Assembly: GCF_002113885.1 (NCBI RefSeq)
Contig: NW_018405437.1
Coordinates: forward strand, 228,872-291,782
DNA: 62,911 bases
Reading direction: 5' to 3'
Origin: Mizuhopecten yessoensis
Taxonomy: Eukaryota
Below, in pieces: positions 52,037 through 62,911 of the stretch. The translations under genes and the position numbers were made by a program. How positions within the stretch are numbered: the stretch's first letter is position 1; every line of letters starts with the position of its first letter. Below the pieces are notes generated by a model, which saw nothing but the letters and a program-made list of their open reading frames with translations, was not told the origin of the DNA and ran no database searches.

Positions 52037-55000
52037 AACGTTCTTTCACCTTACCTTGACTGACCTCATGCGCATCCATTTGGTATTTAAGTATTTATCC
52101 AATTATAGACATGTGTAAGGAAAGCATCATTTATGTAAATTGCAGAGATATTGAATATATTTGCGAAAAATATGTCACATGTGTAAAATGAAGTTTTACT
52201 GAATGAGAATGCTTACAAAACAAGGGTCCGTCCTTGATTATGTTTACTAATTCACTTGCAATTTTCCACCTCAATGGGTTTTATTTTTTATTTGGTGTGG
52301 TCGCCATGATAATATTGTTCACATTCTTTTAACATTGTTAAAATATGCTATTCTCATTGCTTAATGTACAAACATTCTTTCTTTGATTTTTGAAACCCGC
52401 AAAATAACATCATTTCAGAGGTTCAGATAATACATGGATCGTATTTCCTGAATTTCTGTGGTTAATAAGATAATATGCGATGCACCCCTATTATCTTATC
52501 ATTCTGTTGCAGCAAAAATCATTTTTTAAACTTGATATATATATACCTGATTGAATTGGAAACAAAAAGAAACATGTATAAATGTGCTGAAATGTCTCTT
52601 TCCATCACGTCTTATACATAACAAACATAGCCATGCCTGTATTTTTTCTACCATACTCATAGAGATATATTTTGTCATTGCTGCCTCAGAAAGCTGTCAT
52701 AAAAGGAAGGTAACTGTAAAGGGTTTAGCTCGGTCAATGTGCTGGTCCATATTTTTCGGAACAACTTTGCTTCTTTCTCTTTCAACAAATTGAAGGCTTA
52801 TGTTACCATAACAACTACCTACTGTTTATTCCACTGGGGAAACCAGAGCAAGTGCATCACAGTCGAAATAACTCACCAATTTTGAGCCACAGAAGAGATA
52901 GAAATATAACCAAATTATTGGTAAACAGAACGAGTAACCACTTTTCGCCGGGTGGGAAATACAAGAAACACTTGCCAACTGTGATGTATGTTGTAGACTC
53001 ATAGAAATTGTTTCGAATACCATACCTCTTTCCAGTCAACGTATAGGGCAATAAACAACCAGTCATGCCAGACCAAGAATACACTCATTGATTATACCCG
53101 ACTTAAGACGGACAAACATGTGGCGCGTCAGTTTTATGGCAAGCAGACTGATGAAGGAGTAATTTGGATGCAAGATAAATGACAGACTGGACTACACAGT
53201 GTAATCGTTCTGCAAACTAAGTCGATAAGCGTAAGTGCTTCTATGACCGAATACCAACAAAAGTGTATTTGCAAACAAGTTTGGGTAATAGGATCCTGTA
53301 GACTTTCTATGACACAATGAGTGAATGTTGCAAAATCAAAAGTTCGATAAAATATTTTGATTACAGTTGTGGGACGGTGGCCGCACGATGTCCGTACATG
53401 GTTTGCGAACGATACAAATCTGGACGATTATTGCTTGCGAACGTTGGACGAACGTTGTGCGATGACAAACGCGGTTGGTGTAAATTGAGAAGTGGTTTTA
53501 CAATTTATACGGTTTCGTGTTAAAACCAATAATCTTTACTTTTAAGAATGTTTCTATATTCTAGCTATATATATCAGCTGATTTGATTTTTTAAATTTAG
53601 AAAAGGTGTTTAAGTGTTCTTTAAACGATCCAAATCGACACATGTAAAAATACCTATGGACATGATCCCATATACAGGTAAACATGACCACTTTGTACAT
53701 GTACGTAAACCGTTTTCCACATCCGGGGCAGTTACGTAACTCGTCAAGGTGTGAAAATCTAGGTGTAATACGATATCATTTATCGGCTCTCTATGTCAGG
53801 AACAGGGCGCCAGGTAAAACTCCGGTCACTTATACAAATGTTATTTACCTGTTCTGTTACCTGGAAGCAAAATCCTTTCCTGACAGTCTTACAGTCACTG
53901 CAATATTGTGTAACACGCATTGTAAAATTGAACCTAATTTAATCAATATAACGATAAATTTATAAATACGTTGGTCTTTATTCCATACGCTCCTTTCAGA
54001 ATTTTTTCATTCCGTAATATTGATTGACAAATTGTACCCAATCGCACATTTGTGCATAGAGAAGCGCAAAACGGGGCGAGCGATTGTTAAATCGCACAGA
54101 TGTGTGCACCATGTGTGGACGATGTGCAGACGGTGTGTGCACGATGCATGCACGATGTGTGCACGCTGTTTTTGGTGCGTTGTGCGGTTACACATCTGTA
54201 CTTAAACTATATAACCAAACTATATAAAACTGCTTTGACTATGTGTTAATGTATCAGGCGAAATATTGCAATGATTTTATAATGCCTGTAAATTGAGTTA
54301 GTGCACGTCTTTTACTGAATTAGTATGCTAATTATGAAACATTAACCTTCAGCTTACTGGGAATAATGTAGTCATTGTGTCACAGCCAGCCGAAGGGATA
54401 TACTTTAACATCAGTATACTTTTCGTGATAAAGAAGCGCATTGCCTTACATTGTGCTAATAGTTTTACCTGCACTTTGCTTTCATTATATTGTAATGGAG
54501 GTGAACTTGAAGTCTCAGCCAAAGCACACTCTGTAATATTCTGGGAAATATCAAATCAATGTTTAGAAGAATAAAAAGCGCTATGACTGGTACTCATGAT
54601 TTTTATTTCCTTGTCAATTGGGGAGAAAGGACATTCTGAAAACATCGATTTAAACCAATAAAGGCTCCCGTAATTGATGTAACATAAGTAAAACTAATTA
54701 TTCAGACAGACACTTTTTTACTTTTCAGTATTATTAGCTGGGCTAATGAAATAATTGTCGAACCCGATCACTGCTTTGATATTAACGGGAGTACACATAT
54801 AATGGTCAAATATAACTATCGCACGAACTCCGTCTATTTGGATACATTTGACTTCTCTTTATTTTTGTTACGCATATACATGTAAAAAAATATATTTATC
54901 ATTCTCTACAAATATGTCTATATCAAGAATTGCTCACTTCATATCTCCTTTCATGTAGTTACTTACGAAAATCTTATTAAAAACGTGAATCATATAATTC

Positions 55001-55080
55001 CTTAATCAATTCTAGTTAGTTTGAAAATCATCGCAAAATCAAAATTATCTGTTTACGTTACTAGGAAAAACCAAAATTTC

Positions 55081-58000
55081 TCAGCATGACGAAGATTCGT
55101 CTGGCTTGTTTTCTGCCTTGACACATGTGAAGTTGACAGCCAAAGGACTTCCAATATTACGTTTGTCCTTCACTAGCCATCCAGAACTTATTAAAAACTT
55201 TTCTTTATTTTCGGTTCCCCAACCTATGCCATGACCAGCTGCGTCATCTATCGACAAACTGCAAGGAAGACAAATCACAGTACTGAGAGCGTACCCTACT
55301 CCAGCCACGTTCGAATCACCAACATTGTCCCCATGGTTACTATGTACATTCGGATCAGTAATGGATACGACACCTCCGTCCTTGAGAACGCGTTGAACTT
55401 CTTTCATGGCATTAACATGATCAGGTAGATCATGAAGGACGTCATACAAGATTACCCAGTCAAACTTGCCTGTCCAGTCGGCGGGCAATGATGTCACGTT
55501 TTCTTTAAGAAACTTCACGTTGTTGATGCTTTCGATTTTGGAGATTTCAATCGCTTTTCTTATTGCAATTTCGCTATAGTCAACACCGTATATGTCTGCG
55601 TCTGGAAAGCGTCTGCTTAATGCTCTACTTATATCTCCTGCTCCTGATCCAAGACCCAGTATGGTGGCCAGTGATTCTAAAAGTAGATAGAATAACCTGA
55701 TGAAACCTTGCTACAAATGTACATGAATTTATGATAACACGGTTTGCAGTAAATGTCGATAATTTCCTAATTCGAAAATCAATAACACATGGATTCGACA
55801 GAAGCTTGTTGATGACCACTATAGGTAGGTTTGTTGTGGCCATCATGATCTCAGTTGGAATTCTCCATTTTTCTGGTATGATGTGAATGTTTTTTATCAT
55901 GCGTATTAGTATGCTGTCTGGTCATGTTGTCACTACTCTTTTCACACTTTGAGAACGTGGATTTACTTAGATTTGACAGAAACTACCACGGGGTTTGTCG
56001 TTGATCAAGTACGAGACGGTTATTTGTTCGTTTGTTTCAAAAGCAAAAGTAATATATAATGGGCACTTCAGAGTACAAAAATTGTATATTGTTTTATTTT
56101 CATTGAAAACTTCCAACAGTTTTGTGTAACTCTTTCATTTCTTCATGCGTTTATTTTTTCACACTTCAAAGGTTTTTTTTGCAGGGTTAGTAATAACATC
56201 TATTGTTTTACAATAAGAATGAGTATTTTTCATTTTTGAAATGAGTAGGGATATACAATAACCCTTACTTTGTGGGGCTACAATACGATAACCCTTATTT
56301 TGCGTATAACCCATACTTTGTGTATAGGTTAATAATAACCATTATTTTGCGTATGGTTAATAGATAACCCTTACTTTTGTGAGGGTTTGCGACATTACCT
56401 TTACCTAGTGTGGGGTAAGTAAAATACCTTTTAACAAGGACAATAAAATAAGTCCTAAAAATAACATAAAATATTACTTTAATCAACACTATACGTACAA
56501 TAAATCGAGGCATTACAAACGTCCGTAATTGATGTCGAAAAATAGAATAACCCTACTTTTGTGTAGAAAATTTTAATAACACTTGCCTTGTGATGAGGCA
56601 ATAGATAACGCCTTATTTTGTAGGATGGCGATTAGATGACCCTTATATGTTATAGGGAGTTATTGTAATCCCTACTTCATTTGGGCAATTGTGTTATACC
56701 TTATTTTGTTTTGAGGCAAAACGATTATATGGTGCCCTAGATATATGACCCAAAGATAAAATATGTTAATATCTCTGTCTCATTTACAGCTTGACACAAA
56801 CTTAAAATTACACTTAAACTTGGACCTAAACATTTATGAACATCTAATGTTTAATATTAATATATTGACTAAAGGAAGTAGTTTCCTTAGTGAATATCTT
56901 AACTCTGCTATTCGTGTTTGTGTTCAGAGCTATATAGAATCAACCAACAGATTTTGAAATATCTTATGTATGCATGTATATATGTATGTATGTAAGTATA
57001 TGTATNNNNNNNNNNNNNNNNNNNNNNNNNNNNNNNNNNNNNNNNNNNNNNNNNNNNNNNNNNNNNNNNNNNNNNNNNNNNNNNNNNNNNNNNNNNNNNN
57101 NNNNNNNNNNNNNNNNNNNNNNNNNNNNNNNNNNNNNNNNNNNNNNATCATTGGCACTGATCTAATTCTTATGTTCCTAAAGCATGTTCGTTATGTAGAT
57201 ATTCATAGTTCATTATATTGCTATTGTTTGAGATGTATCTCCTGAGAGAGGGCTTGTATAGGCTTTGCCTATTGCCCAATTCCCATTAAATGTGATTGAT
57301 TTAATAAAATATTTTGAAATGAAAAAAAACATGTTGTTGAGGCAACACGATAACAATAATTTGTTTGGAGGCGATTCGATGCCCCGTTCATCATGTGGGG
57401 GGAAAGCGATAACCCGTATTGTGTGTAATGGCAATTAAACCAAAACACATACTATGCCTGGATGCAACATGATTAACCTTCCATTGTGTAGAGGTCGTAG
57501 GACATATTTTTAGATTGAGAGGTTGCGTATGCTTACACATTACATTTTGTTTTTTAACCTCAATATGTAACGTGGATTTTGAACAGTTTCATTGCGATAA
57601 AACCTTACTTGTAAGCTTCGCGGCTGGTACAAGCAGCTGCTCTACTGCCCCGTCAGTATCCGCTACTCGTTCATTAGTGACATCAACTACTTCCGGAAGC
57701 ATATCACCAAATTCATAACCTAAAAAAGTAATTTCATCTTTTTAAAAAGCGTTGATGATAGTGGAAAATGTAATGCATTCTCTTAAAAAGTGATGAGTAT
57801 AGTATATATTGTTCGTGTCAATCAAGTCATATATGCTTGTTTGTGAAACGAATTAAAAAAGGCCAGATGGAGAGGTACATTCCCCGAGCTTGTTTTTAAT
57901 AGATATATCACTCTCATTTCTTTTGGTTATTCTAAAATAAGTATATATGCCCGGGGTGATACATGTAAAACCCGACACGTATACGTTTTTGAAAAGATAT

Positions 58001-58345
58001 TATGTAATGAGTGACTAGTTATTAGTTTTTGAGAAGAAGTCAAATTTAACCACCTTGTTATTTGCTCTGTTTTAAAAAAAAAAATCACAATGCATGCAAT
58101 GACAGTTGTCATTATTAACAAAGGTTTGCGATCATTCAATAATTTGCATCATTAACCTTGAGGTCCGTCCTTCCTGAAGCAATTCATCACTTTGCCTGTC
58201 AGATTATCCAAGACAGGAAAGAAAAAAGGTAGCATCGATTCTCAGAAGCCTTGGTTTGAGGGACTGGGGGATGAAGTATTTGTCGGAGTCATCAAGTGAC
58301 ACGATTCTGGTAGAGACCATACAGCCCAGCCACTCGCGGACATAC
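55081..58345 (-). pseudogene. Paralogous Rv2258c-like methyltransferase copy B (exons 2-4 only); +1 frameshift in exon 2, so either a pseudogene or a homopolymer assembly error
   Basis: Exons 58345-58157 (189 nt vs 188 nt in copy A), 57719-57609 (111 nt, same as A) and 55676-55081 (open to TGA). The extra base in or next to the A6 run at 58222-58227 gives TAA at 58204-58206. Motif I reads ILGLGSGAG. No exon-1 homolog was seen in the window. Confidence 0.7.
57006..57146. other. Assembly gap (N run)
   Basis: 141 Ns following a (TATG)n microsatellite. Confidence 1.
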
Positions 58346-58810
58346 CTACAAAGGGAGATAATTACACGTAATAATTCACTAGACGGACCATCCACCCCAG
58401 CCACTAACGGACATCCCTGCAAAGGGAGATAACTACACGTACACATTACTAGTCATCCCATACAGCCCAGCCATTCCCGGACATACCTACAAAGGGAGGT
58501 AATTACACGTAATAATTCACTAGACGGCCCATACACCCCAGCCACTAACGGACATACCCACAAAGGAAGATGATTTCACGTTAAACATCACAAGTCAGAC
58601 CATACAGCCCAGCCACTAACGGACATACCTGCAAAGGGAGATAACTACACGTACACATTACTAGTCATACCATACAGCCCAGCCATTCCCGGACATACCT
58701 ACAAAGGGAGGCAATAACACGTAATACATCACTAGTCGGACCATACAGCTCAGCCAGTCGCTAAAGGGCATACCTATAAAGGGAGATAAATACACGAAAT
58801 ACATCACTAT
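58318..58810. repeat. 70-71-bp tandem repeat built from the MTase exon 2 acceptor junction, ~7 units
   Basis: GGACATACCTACAAAGGGAG core (or variant) at 58338, 58409, 58479, 58550, 58621, 58691 and ~58766. Degenerate equivalents occur at 47703, 47774, ~47846 and ~59745. Confidence 0.9.
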
Positions 58811-59190
58811 AAACACAGTATGAATATGATATACTCACCCCGTAAATCAACATGGACTTGTATTTTGTATTTGATAACAAGTAGTTGTATAATTATATTC
58901 TTTACGTATTATAATGTAAATACTATATACCATACAATATTGACATTTGTTACATACTTACTTATAAATACGGGTTTTTTGTATATGCGATACGACACAA
59001 TTGCTCTAACCCATATCAGCCCTCGCCGTACCACACACCAAACCCCATATCAGCCCCCGCCGTATCACACCCCAAAACCCGCATCACCCTTTTTGGGAAA
59101 AAAAATCGTTTTTCAATATTTCAAAAATAAAAAATAAATCATAAGATAGTAGTTTTTATTAGTAAGTATGTACTAAACAGAATAAAATAC

Positions 59191-59307
59191 GCCTTTTTCC
59201 ATATCATACCCAGTATCAACCCTCGACCAATATCAGCCCTCGGGCCTTCGGCCCTTGGGCTGATATTGCAGTCTCGGGTTGATACTGGGTGTGATATGGA
59301 AAAAGGC
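59191..59307. mobile_element. Fold-back MITE-like inverted repeat
   Basis: GCCTTTTTCCATATCATACCCAGTATCAACCC..AATATCAGCCCTCGGGCC-TTC-GGCCCTTGGGCTGATATT..GGGTTGATACTGGGTGTGATATGGAAAAAGGC; related CCATATCAGCCC direct repeats at 59010-59080. Confidence 0.8.
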
Positions 59308-60957
59308 ATGTATAATTCTCTATAGCTTATTCATAATATTTAATGTATATAAGCCTAAATATGAGTCAGTCTGTGTGGATTTTGAACTCCCAGGGAGGAG
59401 CTAGTGAAGGAAGATGTCTAAAACTCACTCATTACTCTGGTGATGTCAAGAAGTAGCACAGCTTGACGTGTAACCTTCATGAACAGTTTGAGGTATCTCC
59501 CCTTACCATATGACTTGCACATTGATATCTGTTATGTATATACATGTAAGTTGTTTCACTTTTTCACTTTTTCATTTCACTATAAATTATAATATATTTA
59601 TATGCTGATTTATACAAATGCATGCAGGAGAGAACTGATATAGGCATAGCCTGTTGTTCGATCCAATTCATACACCATCATGAATAAAAATGCGTTGAAA
59701 TGAAATGAAATACATCACTAGTCAGACCACACAGATACACTTGGGCATTCCTACAAAGGGAGATAATAATTCCTAATGCATGACAAACCCGACTATGACG
59801 CTCAACCACTCCATGACATGAGTACCTGTTATGCGCAGATAATAGCGCCACGTGTGTTGACATGTACTGATAATTACATCAGAAGTACTGAGAAAAATCT
59901 TTGTCATTAAAATGTATTGTAACGGTTTAGTGTCGGTACGATATTAGTACTTCTCCTCTCTAAATTATTAGTGTCAAAATAATAAAGAAGCAAAGGAACG
60001 CAAGCTCACAAGAAAATGGCAGTTAGACTTCTTATTGTAATTTACTGAGATACGAACCATAGACGGTTTCCTTGGAGTGATTGAGCCTAAAGCAGGGTCG
60101 GATACATGTCTATCATTAGCAATACACACATGTATCAAAGTGTCCAGATGTAAATAATACACTGGTGTGTCACTAATGATACTTTAACTCAACTGTTGCA
60201 ATACATGTTCATATAGATAAGGTGTTTACGTACCCTTTTCTATTCGTTCTGTATTATTTTCACCTCTGTGGCCCTTAGCATCGGTTCTAAGACCTAATGA
60301 AACAGGAATACATTGCCCCGAGCACATTTTGTATATCTAAAGAAGGTTCTGGAATAGCAAACCAAATATCAACTGTGACGTGTTCATTTCGCGAACAAAG
60401 TATAAAAAAAGGACGTGTTAGCTACATACACAGGACCTCTGATGCATACAGCTATTAATAATGTAAACACTAATGTTTCTAGATTAATAATCGTCGTCAA
60501 AGCGTGTCGACAATAACGTTCCCATCATTCTCATACTGTATCGTTAAAAGTCGTCTCTTGTGCCTAAAGAAATACAATATGACATATTATACAAATTGAT
60601 AAGAGAGAACAATTTACCAATTAAGTGAGAATCTGTTCATGTACTTGTGATAGTGACATATCAAAAATGCGTTTTTTGAATGTGTATAAAGATATCTATT
60701 CATTATTATTCTATCAATAATGACATATTAAAGGTACATATATTAAATAATACTAATTTGAAAATATGAACGTCTTGCTCGTTTAATTTACAATATATTA
60801 CACGTGAAATAATGAATTATAGAATTATAGAATTATAGAATTATCAGATAAATGTCAATATAGTGCATTTAGTGCGTTATCTAAATTCTAATTCTGCATG
60901 ATAAGTGGAAATGCACAAAACACTTGGAGTTTTGTTATTTTTTGCTATTCAATAAAT

Positions 60958-62805
60958 TCATAAACACTGCTTGCACACGCACAATAAACAATTGTACAAG
61001 CCTATATAATGTGATACTTCACACATATAACATAAACACTGTTGTACACGCACAACAAACAACCATACAAGCCTACATAATGTGATACTTCACACATATA
61101 CCATAAACACTGTTGTACACGCTCAATAAACAATCGTACAAACCTACATAATGTGATACATCACCCATATAACATAAACACTGTTGTAAAAGCACAATAA
61201 ACAATCGTACAAGCCTACATAATGTGATACCAATCATACACGCCTACATAATGTGATACATCACCCATATAACATAAACACTGTTGCACAATAACAATAA
61301 ACAATCATACAAGCCTACATAATGTGATACATCACACATATAAGATAAACACTGTTGTACACGCACAACAACCAACCATACAAGCCTACATAATGTGATA
61401 CCAATCATACACGCCTACATAATGTGATACATCACACATATAACATAAACACTGTTGTACACGCACAATAAACAATAGTACAGGCCTACATAATGTGATA
61501 CATCACACATATAACATAAACACTGTTGTACACGCACAATAAACAATCATACAAACCTACATAATGTGATACTTCACACATATAACATAAACACTGTTTA
61601 CACGCACAATAAACAATCATACACGCCTACATAATGTGATACATCACACATATAACATAAACACTGTTGTACAAGCACAATAAACAATCGTACAAGCCTA
61701 TATAATGTGATACTTCACACATATAACATAAACACTGTTGTACACGCTCAATAAACAATCGTACAAACCTACATAATGTGATACTTCACACATATAACAT
61801 AAACACTGTTGTACAAGCACAATAAACAATCGTACAAGCCTACATAATGTGATACTTCACACATATAACATAAACACTGTTGTACACGCACAATAAACAA
61901 TCGTACAAGCCTACATAATGTGATACTTCACACATATAACATAAACACTGTTGTACACGCACAATAAACAATCGTACAAGCCTACATAATGTGATACTTC
62001 ACACATATAACATAAACACTGTTGTACACGCACAATAAACAATCGTACAAGCCTACATAATGTGATACTTCACACATATAACATAAACACTGTTGTACAC
62101 GCACAATAAACAATCGTACAAGCCTACATAATGTGATACTTCACACATATAACATAAACACTGTTGTACACGCACAATAAACAATCGTACAAGCCTACAT
62201 AATGTGATACTTCACACATATAACATAAACACTGTTGTACACGCACAATAAACAATCGTACAAGCCTACATAATGTGATACTTCACACATATAACATAAA
62301 CACTGTTGTACACGCACAATAAACAATCGTACAAGCCTACATAATGTGATACTTCACACATATAACATAAACACTGTTGTACAAGCACAATAAACAATCG
62401 TACAAGCCTACATAATGTGATACTTCACACATATAACATAAACACTGTTGTACACGCACAATAAACAATCGTACAAGCCTACATAATGTGATACTTCACA
62501 CATATAACATAAACACTGTTGTACACGCACAATAAACAATCGTACAAGCCTACATAATGTGATACTTCACACATATAACATAAACACTGTTGTACACGCA
62601 CAATAAACAATCGTACAAGCCTACATAATGTGATACTTCACACATATAACATAAACACTGTTGTACAAGCACAATAAACAATCGTACAAGCCTACATAAT
62701 GTGATACTTCACACATATAACATAAACACTGTTGTACAAGCACAATTCACAATCGTACAAGCCTACATAATGTGATACTTCACACATATAACATAAATAC
62801 TGTTG
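60958..62805. repeat. 71-bp tandem satellite, ~26 copies, with a homogenised right half
   Basis: Unit TAAACACTGTTGTACACGCACAATAAACAATCGTACAAGCCTACATAATGTGATACTTCACACATATAACA. Confidence 0.98.
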
Positions 62806-62911
62806 ATACTGGTTTCAATGTAATAGTTCACATGCTTTCGGCAGAGCCTCGGGTTAGACAACCAAACACATCACCCCTCAGGTTGGATATTTCTCTGTCA
62901 CACCCTCAAGG

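Noticed and set aside
52055-52079. Mini-exon ATG...MDAHEVSQ with G|gtaagg donor as an alternative first exon of MTase A
   Set aside because: The only nearby acceptor I checked (50218) is weak and out of frame with the ATG at 50189.
52550-54200. Possible decayed transposase or MITE pieces (52560-53100, 53330-53520, 54040-54200)
   Set aside because: No recognisable motif or TIR pair that I could support.
60234-60293. Possible exon 1 of MTase copy B
   Set aside because: Has AG/GT ends but no similarity to copy A exon 1, and the phase is wrong.

Overview
AT-rich, intron-containing animal genomic DNA; the repeat families suggest a mollusc, probably a bivalve (inference). I reconstructed four minus-strand genes by hand from GT-AG boundaries with consistent phases. 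(1) A 10-exon SLC28/CNT-family transporter (~593 aa) in which several canonical nucleoside-binding residues are replaced. (2) A 10-exon, ~519-aa ADP-ribosyltransferase with an unusual architecture: tandem PBZ zinc fingers, acidic patch, coiled coil, PARP catalytic domain with an intact H-Y-E triad, and a C-terminal BRCT-like domain, with no WGR or helical regulatory domain. This is the most interesting element in the window. (3) An intact 4-exon Rv2258c-like HTH + SAM-dependent methyltransferase (343 aa). (4) A tandem paralog of gene 3 with a +1 frameshift and an altered SAM motif; its first exon was not found. The rest is minisatellites (28-90 bp units), Helentron-like non-autonomous elements, tRNA-derived SINEs, fold-back MITEs, a TTAA-flanked TIR element with a nested CR1 fragment, decayed Penelope-, HERO- and CR1-like retroelements, and two assembly gaps. 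A recurring oddity is tandem duplication of exon-intron junctions in three of the genes.
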